Below, piece by piece: positions 37,747-48,087 of a stretch of DNA of 64,000 nt. The position numbers and the translations under genes are program-made. The DNA comes from an uncultured Gemmatimonadota bacterium. GTDB lineage: Bacteria; Blakebacterota; Blakebacteria; Blakebacterales; Blakebacteraceae. The notes under the pieces are model-generated. The model was not told the DNA's origin. It searched no databases and was given only the letters and a program-made list of their open reading frames with translations. Position 1 is the stretch's first letter. Each line of letters begins with the position of its first letter. The stretch is from assembly GCA_964576115.1 (NCBI GenBank), contig CAZNUA010000016.1, positions 1-64,000 on the forward strand. The letters are read 5' to 3'.

Positions 37747-39027
37747 TCAGGCGAAGGGATAGATCGGGGTAGCGGCCTGGGGAGTGTAAAGGTCTGCCCC
37801 CTCCTCGGTGATCACCATGATATCCTCGAGCCGGATCCCGAACCGGCCGTAGATGTAGATGCCCGGTTCGTTGGAGAAGGTCATCCCCGGTTCCAGAATG
37901 GTGTCCGAATCCTCGACCAGATAGTACCACTCGTGTCCGTCCAGGCCGATCCCGTGACCGAGACGGTGGGTGAAGTAGCGGTACCCCGGTCCGTACCCGC
38001 CCCGATCGATGACGAGCCGGGCGGCGCGGTCCACATCGCCGGTCAGGGCACCGGGCAGGGCGGCATCGAGGGCGGCTGACTGGGCTTCTTTGACCAGGGT
38101 CCAGACCTGGCGCTGCTCCACCGATGGTTCTCCCCAGATCCCGCTGCGGGTGATGTCGGAGGGGTATCCGCCCACCCGGGTGCCGCCGTCGAAAAGGATC
38201 GTCGTGCCCTCGCTGATGACCTCCTCCCGGCTGGTTCCGTGGGGGTACGCCGAGTTGGGACCAAAGAGGACCATCGCACCCCCGCTGTAGCCGAGCCGGG
38301 TGAAGGCCGAAGCCAGAACCCGCGAAAAATCGCTCTGCGTCATTCCCTCGGTGATCGCGTTCCAGGTCGCCTCGTAGGCGGTTATGGTGACCTGGTTGGC
38401 ATGACGCTGCAGGGCGATCTCGGCCGGGCTCTTGATCGCCCGGCAGCCGATCGTAACGGGATCGGCCGAGGCAATCTCGATCGCCGGGGCATCGGCCGCC
38501 AGACCCGTGACCACATGATAGCGGACCGTTTCTTCCAAACCGATCCGGCCGGTCCGCAGACCCCGGTCGGCCAGGATTCCGGCCACCAGTGCGTAGGGAC
38601 TCTCGTTCTCTTCCCAGGTCCTGATATCGTCGCCGAAACGGATACCCTCGGCCGCCCGCTCGCGCTCGAAGGCGGGACAAACCCAGGCCGGTTCGCCTTC
38701 GCTGGGCAGAACCAGGGCGAAGGTCCGCTCGCTGAGTCCCCACTCGAGATCGGTGAAGTAGCGCATGGCGGTACCGCCGATCATGAGAATGCCGTCGAGT
38801 CCGGCGGCAGCCATCAGACTCTGTGCTTTGGCGATCCGGCCCCACCGTTCTTCATCGGTGATTCCCGGGGGCTCGGAATCGGTCATCGGTGTCAGTTCGG
38901 CCAGCGAGGGGGGAAGATCCTGTTCGGGCAGGGATTCGGGGAGAGGAGGATGAGGCCGGCGGCCGAATCCGACCGTAGCTGCACCGGCCGCGGGCAGGGC
39001 GGAAGTGAAGAACTGACGACGCTGCAT
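37747..39027 (-). CDS. Tat-exported Xaa-Pro peptidase (M24B)
   Basis: QRRQFF twin-arginine signal; DGG..GYPSDITR, HRLGHGIGLDGHE, EPGIY, GIRLED. Confidence 0.93.
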   Translation of the reverse strand: MQRRQFFTSALPAAGAATVGFGRRPHPPLPESLPEQDLPPSLAELTPMTDSEPPGITDEERWGRIAKAQSLMAAAGLDGILMIGGTAMRYFTDLEWGLSERTFALVLPSEGEPAWVCPAFERERAAEGIRFGDDIRTWEENESPYALVAGILADRGLRTGRIGLEETVRYHVVTGLAADAPAIEIASADPVTIGCRAIKSPAEIALQRHANQVTITAYEATWNAITEGMTQSDFSRVLASAFTRLGYSGGAMVLFGPNSAYPHGTSREEVISEGTTILFDGGTRVGGYPSDITRSGIWGEPSVEQRQVWTLVKEAQSAALDAALPGALTGDVDRAARLVIDRGGYGPGYRYFTHRLGHGIGLDGHEWYYLVEDSDTILEPGMTFSNEPGIYIYGRFGIRLEDIMVITEEGADLYTPQAATPIYPFA

Positions 39028-39063
39028 TATGGCCTCCTCCGGGATTCGGTCGCCGCCTCCCGA

Positions 39064-40296
39064 TCACCGGGCCCGGGAGGGAGAAGTCGGGATAGTCAGC
39101 AGCAGCTGGCCGCGATCGGCGATCGGAGCGGTAATGATACCGTGCTCGACAAGCAGGTCGAGAGCAGTGTGAACCGCCAGTTCCCAGGCTGCCAGAGTAA
39201 CCTCGCCAAGCAGATCGTCTTCACCGTAGCCGAGAGAGGTGGCGGTTTCGCTGATGGCAGGCAGAATGTCCATGAGGTGGGGCCAGAGAGCAGCTCCAGT
39301 CTCGATCGCCAGCGCTCGCAGCGAGCGGATCTCTCCCTCGGCAATGATCGGCACCCGCAGGTATCCCGCGGCATCGACTGCTTCGACCGAACGGAGCAGG
39401 ATCCGGATCGGTAACTCGGGAGGTGTACCGGTCAGGTACCAGAGCCGGTAGGCTCTGACCAGGTAGCGGGCGAGCTCTTCGGCTTCGCCCGTCTCACCTG
39501 ACCGGTCCCCCTCCATACCACCGGGGGTCGGGGGACCGAAGAGGGCCGCATACAGGTGAGAACGATCATCCCTCAGAGCGTCGAAACCGTATCGTTCCGA
39601 CGTAGGAGCGTACCTGATCAGCTGGAAGCCGGTCAGATCAAGACGGCTGAGACGGCTGCCCGGCGGGGCCAAGTCGGGTTCTACCCGGTAGACACGAAAG
39701 GCATAGTCGCGGTGAGCGGGCCCCAATCCGGCATCCCAGAAGGCCTCGTGCTGGAAGAGCCCGAGCAGGTAGGCACCCAGAACCACCCAGCCGATCCGGT
39801 TCAGGGGCAGGCGGCCGACCACGGGTAGGGCGGCAATGCTCGAGTCAAGAACCGCCCAGCGGGCCGTGAGGGTATCGGCGATCGTCACGGCCAGAGGAGC
39901 CACGGTCTCCTGCAGGCGGCGCACTCCGGCCGCATCGAGAGCCAGGGCCAGAGGCCGCCAGCGCCCGTCACCCAGCTGCCGGCCGAGGTTCTCGACCGCA
40001 ACCAGCCGCAGCAGTGATTCAAAGTCGGCCCGATCCAGCCCCAGACGCTCGCGGATACGGACGAGCGACGCTCCCCCGCCCAGTTCCACCAGCAAGGCGT
40101 GCAGGACGGGGTTGTCGAGGACGATCGGCGGAACGACCACCGTCGGGGGGGCCAGGGTCGCGACCGAGTACTCCTGAATCGTGCCCTGCCGGCCCTGAGC
40201 CATGCCCGTCCCCTGCCCCGTCGCCGGACCGGCCGGCAGGCAGAGCAGCAGCCCGATCGTCAGGAGCAGCAGAGGATGCGAAGAACGGCGTATCAT
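39064..40296 (-). CDS. exported hypothetical protein
   Basis: 410 aa, signal peptide, host-like codon usage, tight spacing within operon. Confidence 0.65.
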   Translation of the reverse strand: MIRRSSHPLLLLTIGLLLCLPAGPATGQGTGMAQGRQGTIQEYSVATLAPPTVVVPPIVLDNPVLHALLVELGGGASLVRIRERLGLDRADFESLLRLVAVENLGRQLGDGRWRPLALALDAAGVRRLQETVAPLAVTIADTLTARWAVLDSSIAALPVVGRLPLNRIGWVVLGAYLLGLFQHEAFWDAGLGPAHRDYAFRVYRVEPDLAPPGSRLSRLDLTGFQLIRYAPTSERYGFDALRDDRSHLYAALFGPPTPGGMEGDRSGETGEAEELARYLVRAYRLWYLTGTPPELPIRILLRSVEAVDAAGYLRVPIIAEGEIRSLRALAIETGAALWPHLMDILPAISETATSLGYGEDDLLGEVTLAAWELAVHTALDLLVEHGIITAPIADRGQLLLTIPTSPSRAR

Positions 40297-40301
40297 GGTC
40301 C

Positions 40302-43300
40302 CTACTCTATCAGCCGGGCGGCCAGTACTTCCAGGGGATGGAAGGCCCGGCGCCCGGTGGCGTCGAGGATCTGATGGCGGCAGGAGGTGCCGGGGGCGAC
40401 GATGGTGCCCCGGCCCGCCAGTTTCCGGATGGCCGGGAAGAGCCGCTGCTCACCGACCGCCATCGAGAGTTCGTAGTGTTCCTTCTCGTAGCCGAACGAA
40501 CCCGCCATGCCGCAGCAGCCCGAATCGACTTCTTCCAGTTCGGTTTCGGGGAGCCAGCCGAGCACGAGATGGATGTGATCGGTCCCCGCCAGCGCTTTCT
40601 CGTGGCAGTGGCCGTGCAGGAGCAGGTGAGCCTCGTCCCAGTCCCGCGGGGTGCGGAACTGCAGGCGCGGGCCCACCTCGTCGGCCCGGGCGGCGAGCCA
40701 CTCCAGGGCCAGCCAGGCCGCATCCTTGACCGCCGCAGCCGCCTCACCCGGCACCAGGGCGGGATACTCGTCCCGCAGGGTCAGCAGCGAGGAGGGTTCG
40801 ATCCCGATGATCGGAGTGCCATCGGCGACCAGGGGCGCCCAGGCTTCGATGTTGCTCCGGGCCGCCCGTCCGGCCTGGGGCACCAGCCCCTTCGAGAGCA
40901 TCGCCCGGCCGCAGGTACCCCCGGGCAGGGGCAGCAGCTCGACCTCGTACCCGGCGGCGTCCAGGACCTTGACAGCGGCCATACCGACCTGCGGCTCGGT
41001 ATAGGTGGTGAAGGCATCGGGAAGCAGCCAGACCCGGGGGCGCTCGGGTTCGATCCCGGCCTCGGCGCCGGCGAAGGCGCCTCCGACTGCCGGCGACGGC
41101 TCCGCTGAGCCCCGGCCGCCGTCGGTGCCGCTGCGGCCCAGGTTCCGCCTCTGCCAGCGCCTGAAATGACGGGTCAGAGGGCGACGGGCGAAGGGAGGCA
41201 GGGAATGACGGCGGTCGATCTCGAGAACCCGGTCGAGCAGCCAGCGCACCGGGGCCGAACCGGCGATCCAGTTGCTCACCGGAGCGGTGGCCGAACCGAG
41301 CCGGCTCAGGGTGTCGAAGTACCCGAAGAGACGGACCCGCAGGGGAGTTCCGTGTTCGGCCCAGTAGTGTGCCAGAAACTCGGTCTTGAGCCGGGTCATG
41401 TTGACCGCACTGGGACATTCGGTGGTGCACGACTTGCATTCCAGACACAGATCGAGCGTTTCGAACAGACGCTCGGAGGCCAGACCGTCGGCCGGGACCG
41501 CGCCCGAGAGCACCGCCCGCAGGGCATTGGCCCGCCCGCGGGTGGAGTGTTCTTCGTCGCGGGTGACCATATAGGAGGGACACATCGTCCCGGTGTCGAG
41601 CTTGCGGCACTCCCCCGAACCGTTGCACATCTCCACCGCCCGGGCATACCCGCCGTCGGTCGAGAAATCGAACCAGGTCGTGACCGGGTGCGTGGTGTAG
41701 CCGGTCCCGAAACGCAGTGATTCGGTCAGCGCCGGAGCCCGCACGATCTTGCCGGGATTCATGATACCCCGGGGGTCAAAGGCGTCCTTGACCCGTTCGA
41801 AGAGCCGAACCAGCTCGGGGCCGTAGATCTTGGTGTTCAGGGCACTGCGGGCCAGCCCGTCGCCGTGCTCCCCGCACATGTTGCCGCCGTATTTCAGCAC
41901 CAGATCGCTGACACCCTCGCTGATGGCGGCCATGGTCTGGATTCCGGCCGCCTCCTTGAGGTTGATCAGGGGCCGGATGTGCAGGCACCCCGCCGAAGCG
42001 TGAGCGTAAAACGCGGCCCGGGTGTCGTTGTCGGCAAAGACCTCGAGCACATCGGCGATGTAGTCGCGCAGGTTCTCGGGGGGAACGGCTGTGTCTTCGA
42101 CGAAGGGGATCGGTTTGTGATCGCCCCGCATGCTCATCAGCAGGCCCAGACCGGCCCGGCGGACCGCCCAGACGTTCTCCTGCTGCACGGGGTCGTGCAG
42201 CAGCAGGGCCCCCACCGGACGGGACGAGGCCATGCGGGCCGCACTCACCAGCCGCTCCAGGTGGGCGGTACGTTCGGATTCGTCCTCGCCGTAGACCTCG
42301 ACCGCCAGGATCACCTCGGGAGTGCCCTCGACGAAGGTCATCCGGCGGGCCCACTCCGGCCGGCGGCGGCACAGCTCCATCAGCATGGCGTCCATCAGTT
42401 CGATCGCCGTGGGTTCCTCGGCCAGCATGGCCGGCACGGTGCCCAGGGCGGCGAGCATGTCGTCGAAGCTCAAGACCGCCAGACTGCGCCCGGGCGGGAT
42501 CGGCACCAGCCCGAGTTCGAACTCAGTGACTGTCGCCAGGGTTCCCTCACTGCCGGCGATGAGCCGGGCCAGGTTGATCGGACGGCCCGGTTCAAAGCCC
42601 TTCAGGTCGTACCCTCCCACCCGGCGCCAGTGCCGTGGATACCTCTCCTGGATGAGAGGGTAATGATCCCTGAGAAGACGCAGGACCTCACGATAGATCC
42701 CCGCCTCGAGGGTAGCCGGCGGCGGTGCCGGTCGACACCCGCCGGCCGAGACCGACACCTCATCCCCGTTCTCGATCCCGGCCCGGCGATGGGCCTCGGC
42801 CCACGAGACCGTTTCGAAGCAGGCCCGCGAGCCGTCGGCGAGAACCGCTTCGACCCGTCGCAGGTGATCGCCGGCCATGCCGTAGAGAATCGAGTGGGCG
42901 CCGGTGCCGTTATTGCCGATCACTCCGCCCACCGTGGCCCGGTTTCCGCTGGCCGGATCGGGCCCGAACATCAGTCCCGCCCCGGCCGCTTCGGCGTTCA
43001 GATGATCGAGGTAAAGCCCGGGCTGGACCGTGATCGCGGCAATATCCGGTTCGAGCCGCACGGTCGCGTTCAAATGGCGGGAAAAGTCGAGGACGACCGC
43101 CTCGCCCACAGTCTGCCCGGCCAGCGACGTGCCGCCTCCCCGGGGCAGGACCGGCACCCCCGTCTCGGCGCAACGACCGACGGTAACGGCGACATCGGCT
43201 TCAGAGCGGGGGAAGACGACCCCCAGAGGAGTGATCGAGTAGATGCTCGCATCGGTGGCATAGAGCATCCGGGTCCATAGATCGAAGCAGACTTCGCCCT

Positions 43301-43373
43301 CGAGATCTCGGGTCAGGATCCCCTCGAGTTCGGCCAGGCGCTCGGGCAGCGTGCCCTCGACAGCGGTGCTCAT
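40302..43373 (-). CDS. FAD-binding and Fe-S-binding oxidoreductase (GlcD/GlcF fusion, YdiJ-like)
   Basis: YATDAS, PRGGGTSLAGQ, GSEGTL, GEHGDG, MNPGK; CNGSGEC, CLECKSCTTECP; CCG domains (HGHCH, CCGMAG, GTSC). Confidence 0.93.
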   Translation of the reverse strand: MSTAVEGTLPERLAELEGILTRDLEGEVCFDLWTRMLYATDASIYSITPLGVVFPRSEADVAVTVGRCAETGVPVLPRGGGTSLAGQTVGEAVVLDFSRHLNATVRLEPDIAAITVQPGLYLDHLNAEAAGAGLMFGPDPASGNRATVGGVIGNNGTGAHSILYGMAGDHLRRVEAVLADGSRACFETVSWAEAHRRAGIENGDEVSVSAGGCRPAPPPATLEAGIYREVLRLLRDHYPLIQERYPRHWRRVGGYDLKGFEPGRPINLARLIAGSEGTLATVTEFELGLVPIPPGRSLAVLSFDDMLAALGTVPAMLAEEPTAIELMDAMLMELCRRRPEWARRMTFVEGTPEVILAVEVYGEDESERTAHLERLVSAARMASSRPVGALLLHDPVQQENVWAVRRAGLGLLMSMRGDHKPIPFVEDTAVPPENLRDYIADVLEVFADNDTRAAFYAHASAGCLHIRPLINLKEAAGIQTMAAISEGVSDLVLKYGGNMCGEHGDGLARSALNTKIYGPELVRLFERVKDAFDPRGIMNPGKIVRAPALTESLRFGTGYTTHPVTTWFDFSTDGGYARAVEMCNGSGECRKLDTGTMCPSYMVTRDEEHSTRGRANALRAVLSGAVPADGLASERLFETLDLCLECKSCTTECPSAVNMTRLKTEFLAHYWAEHGTPLRVRLFGYFDTLSRLGSATAPVSNWIAGSAPVRWLLDRVLEIDRRHSLPPFARRPLTRHFRRWQRRNLGRSGTDGGRGSAEPSPAVGGAFAGAEAGIEPERPRVWLLPDAFTTYTEPQVGMAAVKVLDAAGYEVELLPLPGGTCGRAMLSKGLVPQAGRAARSNIEAWAPLVADGTPIIGIEPSSLLTLRDEYPALVPGEAAAAVKDAAWLALEWLAARADEVGPRLQFRTPRDWDEAHLLLHGHCHEKALAGTDHIHLVLGWLPETELEEVDSGCCGMAGSFGYEKEHYELSMAVGEQRLFPAIRKLAGRGTIVAPGTSCRHQILDATGRRAFHPLEVLAARLIE

Positions 43374-43434
43374 CCTCGCTCCCTCTCCCAGTGCAGAACG
43401 GCGATCGGCCCGGGGCTCTGCGCCCCTGTCCGGT

Positions 43435-45882
43435 CTACATGAAAGTAGTCAGCGCGAAGGTCAGATACCAGCCCGCAGGCGAGGAGAAACGGCGGGTGAA
43501 ATCGAGACGGAAGATATCCCAGATGCGGCCCAGCCCGAAACCGGCTTCGGCGTAGGGACCCGCGGCGGGCAGGTCGAGTGAGTTGCGGCGGGTGCGGGCC
43601 AGGGCGCCGTGAGCGATGACCTCGAGCCCGGTCCGGGCCAGGCGGCGCAGACCGAGGGCGAGGAAAAGCTGGTTGCGGAAATTGTGCTCGGCGGTCACGA
43701 CCCAGTACCGCTGCCCGGCGAACTCGCGGTGCCCGGCCCCGCGCAGAGATCCGAAAGGACCGTAAAAACCGAGCGCATTGACCGGCCCGAACCACTGCTC
43801 GCACGGCAGGTCACCCTCACTCCAGCCCCCGGCGGCCCGCAGGATGAGCTGGGGTGAAAAGAGAAACCGGTTGGTGTAGGTCGTTATGGCATAGGAGACG
43901 ACGCCCTCGGCACTGGTATAGTCGCGCCCCCCGCCGGCGGGTGTACTGCCCTGTTCCAGGCGCAGACGCAAACCTCGGGCGGAGGCAACCCCGGCCGGGC
44001 TCTCCGGTTCGCCCAGGGTGAAGGTGGCACCGTAGCGGGTCCAGAGGGCGTTTTCGAGCGATACAGCGGGGTTGACGCGGGAGAGATCGTCGGGAGCCGC
44101 CACACTCCAGTTGGTGACCACCGGCAGGCTGGTGTGCCGCTCCCAGGCGGCATGCCAGTCCAGCTGGCCCCGCCGGGTGTATTCGCCCCACAGAACGGTT
44201 TCGCCGCTCACTTCGATTCCCCGGGCCCGATGGTAATCGAAGTAATCGTCCTTGAAGAGCATGGTGGTCAGGGTGTTCAGCAGGCCGGGATAGAAACCGG
44301 CCTGAGGCGAGCGTGCCGGTCGGTCGAAATAGCTCACCTCGAGGCTGGTGGGGCTCCGCCCGGCCTGGTTCGGTCCCGGCTCCCGGCCGCCCCATTCGGC
44401 ACGCAGGGTTCCCTCCCACCACCAGCGCTCGGCGCTGAACGCATAGCCCCCTTTGCCGAGAATCTCGAGCTCGGGCAGCAGCAGGGAATCGGCCCCGGCA
44501 TGCAGGCCGGCATACGCACCCTCGACCCGGGTGTAGCGCAGGTCGAGGTGTTCGAGCAGAGCCCCGGTGACCCGGTCGCCCACCTCGCCGATGAGGGTAA
44601 CCGATTCGTCACCGGTCTCCATCCGGAACCCGGGCGGAGAAAACTGCTCTTCGAGCGTCTCGGTGGAATCGAGTTGGGAATAGGCCCGTTCTTCATCGCT
44701 TGTCAGGGGCAGGACCTCGTTCTGTTCCCAGAAGAGGGTATCGACCCCGGCCGCCTCGGGCAGTTCGGTCACCAGTTCGTCGCGGGAAAAGATCGAATCG
44801 GGAATCGGGACGTTGATGTCGTAATCATAGATGACCGATGTCTGATCGAAACCGATCCGGGGGATTTTTATCGGACCCAGCTCCACCCGCACGCCTCCCC
44901 TCATGCGCACGTCGGTGGGCAGCCAGTAGCCGTCATCCCAGCGACTGAAGCTCTGCTGCCAGGCGATCTCGAGCCCGTCGGTGAAGGGGAAGACGAAGAC
45001 CTCGGCCGGTTCCAGATCGACCCCCACCAGGGCCCAGACCGAATCGGCGATGCTGATGGTGCCGGTCAGCAGGGGCACCAGGGTGGTTCGGGGTTCGACG
45101 ATGATACGGTAGATATCGGTGCCGTCCTGGGAAACGATCGACTCCAGGTCGTAATCGTAGTAGCGGAAGGCGTGGGGATGCAGCGGCCCCACGTAGCGCT
45201 GACCGGCCAGATCGAGATCGTCGCGGCTGAAGTCCACGATCTGCAGCACGCCCTGCAGCTGGCTGAATTCAGCCGGCAGGTTTTCGGTCGAGCGATACTG
45301 GCGCAGTTCCTCGCGCAGGCTCTCTCCCTCACGCCAGTAGCCGTAGTTGTAGCCCTCGGTGATGCCGGCGATCGAGTCCTCGCGGGTGATGATGCGGCGT
45401 GTGAAGCCCTCGAAGCGGTAGCTCTCGAGGCCGGCGTAGATCGTTTCCTTGGCTTCGATGGCCCGGCGTACCACCCCCCGGGCGATATCGCCGGCCGAGA
45501 CCCGCATGACCGGCATCTCGATCAGGGTCGGCTCGAGCCGGGCGTCATAATTCAGGTCGGCCTGCAGATCGACCTGGAAGGTGTCGGAGAGATAGCCGAC
45601 GTAGCTGAAGACGAAAGTCGTCGGACCGGCGGGAAGGCGCAGCAGCCAGGCTCCTTCGGCGTTGGCGATCGTCCCCCGGCCCGATTCGAGCACCCGGATA
45701 TTGGCTGCGGCCAGAGGCTGACTGGTGCGGGCGTCGAGGACCCGGCCTCCGGCCCGGTGATAGACCTGTCCCGCCGCCGGAGCGGGCGCCAGGAGAAGAC
45801 CGAGCCAGAGAATGGTCGCGAACCGGCGCAGAAGACCGGAACGCAGAACTGTCGCGGAGTGCCGCCGGGAGCCGAGGATCAG
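43435..45882 (-). CDS. carboxypeptidase-regulatory-like domain + DUF5686-like outer membrane protein
   Basis: signal ending AAG-Q; GRVLDARTSQPL..GT..NAEG..FSYVGY; beta-barrel-like C-terminal half; start uncertain (CTG 45882 or ATG 45924). Confidence 0.8.
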   Translation of the reverse strand: MILGSRRHSATVLRSGLLRRFATILWLGLLLAPAPAAGQVYHRAGGRVLDARTSQPLAAANIRVLESGRGTIANAEGAWLLRLPAGPTTFVFSYVGYLSDTFQVDLQADLNYDARLEPTLIEMPVMRVSAGDIARGVVRRAIEAKETIYAGLESYRFEGFTRRIITREDSIAGITEGYNYGYWREGESLREELRQYRSTENLPAEFSQLQGVLQIVDFSRDDLDLAGQRYVGPLHPHAFRYYDYDLESIVSQDGTDIYRIIVEPRTTLVPLLTGTISIADSVWALVGVDLEPAEVFVFPFTDGLEIAWQQSFSRWDDGYWLPTDVRMRGGVRVELGPIKIPRIGFDQTSVIYDYDINVPIPDSIFSRDELVTELPEAAGVDTLFWEQNEVLPLTSDEERAYSQLDSTETLEEQFSPPGFRMETGDESVTLIGEVGDRVTGALLEHLDLRYTRVEGAYAGLHAGADSLLLPELEILGKGGYAFSAERWWWEGTLRAEWGGREPGPNQAGRSPTSLEVSYFDRPARSPQAGFYPGLLNTLTTMLFKDDYFDYHRARGIEVSGETVLWGEYTRRGQLDWHAAWERHTSLPVVTNWSVAAPDDLSRVNPAVSLENALWTRYGATFTLGEPESPAGVASARGLRLRLEQGSTPAGGGRDYTSAEGVVSYAITTYTNRFLFSPQLILRAAGGWSEGDLPCEQWFGPVNALGFYGPFGSLRGAGHREFAGQRYWVVTAEHNFRNQLFLALGLRRLARTGLEVIAHGALARTRRNSLDLPAAGPYAEAGFGLGRIWDIFRLDFTRRFSSPAGWYLTFALTTFM

Positions 45883-46688
45883 TCCTCTATCTCCTCGTCC
45901 ATATGCGGTGAGAGCTGCAGCCATTTGCGCCCGATCGAACCGGCAATATCAAGGTAATGCGTGACCGGATAATCCGTTCTCTCCTGGTACTGCTCGCGGA
46001 TCTCATGCCTCAGGCGGCTGAAGAAGCCGGGCCGGAGCCGTTCCGCTGCCGCCCCGAAGCCGAGTTCGAGTCCGTGCAGAAAGCTCGAACTCGCCACGGC
46101 CAGAATCCATGTCGCCGCTTCCCCCGCCTGCTCGTTCGGGAACGAGGCGGGCCCCACCGTGAAGGCGACCTTCACGATGTTATACGCGGTCTCGGCGATA
46201 TGGTTCTCCAGCTCCTCGGAACTCATGTGCCCGACTGTCTCATCCTCACCGGCTGCTTCGGGAACCCCGCGGCCGGCGCTCTCGTCCAGAGCGGCCGCTT
46301 CCATGCGCTTGACGAGGCTCAGGAACTCTTCGGCCGGGAAGACTTCACCGGGCATGTTCTGACTCTGGCCAGCTCCGGTTTCGAGGCCGGCCTCGGTCCC
46401 GGGATCGTCTGGAGAGCCGGCTGACAGTTGTGCGGTTGTATTTTCTTCGGCTGCTTTTTCGACGATCTGCTGGCGCAGTTTTTCGAAGAAGTCGGGCAGG
46501 ACTTCACGGGCTTTCTCGCGCCCCAGAGCATTGCGCAGGGCCTCGACGTACCAGGGCACGCCCCAGGTGAGGAAATATCCCGTTACCTGCCAGCGGAACC
46601 CGGCGCCGCCGAGCTTGCGGCCCATGTCGACCGCCCCTTCCATCATCTCGGGGGCGGTGTTGCCGAATATCCGGTCCCAGTCGGGCAT
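45879..46688 (-). CDS. hypothetical protein
   Basis: ATG 46688 after purine-rich GAAGAGGGACGAG; helical domains separated by an acidic linker. Confidence 0.65.
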   Translation of the reverse strand: MPDWDRIFGNTAPEMMEGAVDMGRKLGGAGFRWQVTGYFLTWGVPWYVEALRNALGREKAREVLPDFFEKLRQQIVEKAAEENTTAQLSAGSPDDPGTEAGLETGAGQSQNMPGEVFPAEEFLSLVKRMEAAALDESAGRGVPEAAGEDETVGHMSSEELENHIAETAYNIVKVAFTVGPASFPNEQAGEAATWILAVASSSFLHGLELGFGAAAERLRPGFFSRLRHEIREQYQERTDYPVTHYLDIAGSIGRKWLQLSPHMDEEIED

Positions 46689-46838
46689 TACTCGTCCCTC
46701 TTCCCCTTGCTTCAGCACCTGCGGTACACACCCGTGCGCGCTGCAGATCCAAAGATGCACCGTACCATCATTCCCATACGTTCGATAACCGGAAATGTGT
46801 ACGAAAACAAGTCCCCGATGCTCGGACAGGGCGATCGG

Positions 46839-48023
46839 TCAGTAGCGCACCAGGAAAGCCGTGTAGAACTCCAGGGCCGCGTGCAGTTCGGAAACCGCCA
46901 GCTGATCGGTGGGCATGTGGGCGTGCGCCTCGTGCCCGGGACCGAAACCGATGGTGGGAATGTCGTGCAGCCCCATCGTGGCCACCCCGTTGGTCGAGAA
47001 GGTCCACACCCCCACCTCGGGTTCGGAACCGAACTGGGCGGTGAAGGCGTCGATCCCCTTCAGCATCAGGGGATGGTCTTCGTCCAGGAGCCAGGCCGGG
47101 TAGTAGGCTTCGGCCGGCACCTTCAAACCGGTCCAAGTCTCGATCTCGTATTCGGGCACGAAGACCTCGGCCTCTTCGGCCTGTACGGCCGGCAGCTCAC
47201 GCACCTCGGCCAGGGCCGATTCCAGTGTCTCTCCTTCGGTCAGGCGCCGGTCGAGATGGATGGTGGCCGAATCGGCCACGGCGCAGAGCGAAGGCGCCGT
47301 GGAGCGCACGTCGGTCACCGTCACGCTCCCCTTGCCCAGCACCGCAGAAACGGCCAGGGCCGGGTGCAGATTCTGCACCTCGGCGATGATCGGAGCGATC
47401 TTGTAGATCGCATTCACCCCTCGCTCCGGGGCCGAGCCGTGGCAGGAGATCCCGCGGGTGCGGACCCGGATCTCCATGCGGCCGCGCTGGCCGCGGGTCA
47501 GGCCCAGGCCGGTCGGCTCGGTCATCAGTACCGCCTCGGGGCGGATACCGTCTTCGGTGATGATGTACTGCCAGTTCAGACCCTCGATGTCCTCCTCGAC
47601 CACCGACGCCACGACATAGAGGGTCAGATCGTCGGGCAGGCCGATTTCGCGGGCCAGGACGCCGGCGTGCACCGCCGCCCCTAGACCCCCCTTCTGATCG
47701 GCCGCTCCCCGGCCGTAGATGACGCCGTCAATCAGTTCGGCCGAGAAAGGATCGCGCTCCCAGGCTTCGCGATCGCCCACATCGACCGTGTCGCAGTGAC
47801 CGTCAATGGCCACGACCCGCTCCCCCGAACCGATCCGCCCGATCAGGTTGCCCATCGGATCGACCGTGACCTCGTCGTACCCCAGCTTTTCCATCTCGCC
47901 CCGGATCCGCCGGATGACCGCCCCCTCATCACCCGTGACCGAGGGGATAGCCACGATCTCGCGGACAAAGGCTGTCAGAGCGTCGGCACGTTCGCGGGCT
48001 GCGGCAACGACTGTTTCCTTCAT
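46839..48023 (-). CDS. M20 metallohydrolase, YgeY-like
   Basis: DGHCDTVD, GRGAADQKGG, EED, TEPT, GQRGRMEI, HGSAPERG, FSTNGV, AH. Confidence 0.88.
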   Translation of the reverse strand: MKETVVAAARERADALTAFVREIVAIPSVTGDEGAVIRRIRGEMEKLGYDEVTVDPMGNLIGRIGSGERVVAIDGHCDTVDVGDREAWERDPFSAELIDGVIYGRGAADQKGGLGAAVHAGVLAREIGLPDDLTLYVVASVVEEDIEGLNWQYIITEDGIRPEAVLMTEPTGLGLTRGQRGRMEIRVRTRGISCHGSAPERGVNAIYKIAPIIAEVQNLHPALAVSAVLGKGSVTVTDVRSTAPSLCAVADSATIHLDRRLTEGETLESALAEVRELPAVQAEEAEVFVPEYEIETWTGLKVPAEAYYPAWLLDEDHPLMLKGIDAFTAQFGSEPEVGVWTFSTNGVATMGLHDIPTIGFGPGHEAHAHMPTDQLAVSELHAALEFYTAFLVRY

Positions 48024-48087
48024 CTCAGACTCCCGATCCGGTATCTGCTTCTTTCCGCATCGCTCAAACCCTTTGTACGGGGCTCAA

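Noticed and set aside
46839-48023. Possible selenium/selenocysteine system suggested by the YgeY-like hydrolase
   Set aside because: No in-frame TGA read-through candidate, SECIS-like hairpin or sel/molybdenum-hydroxylase genes were seen in the window
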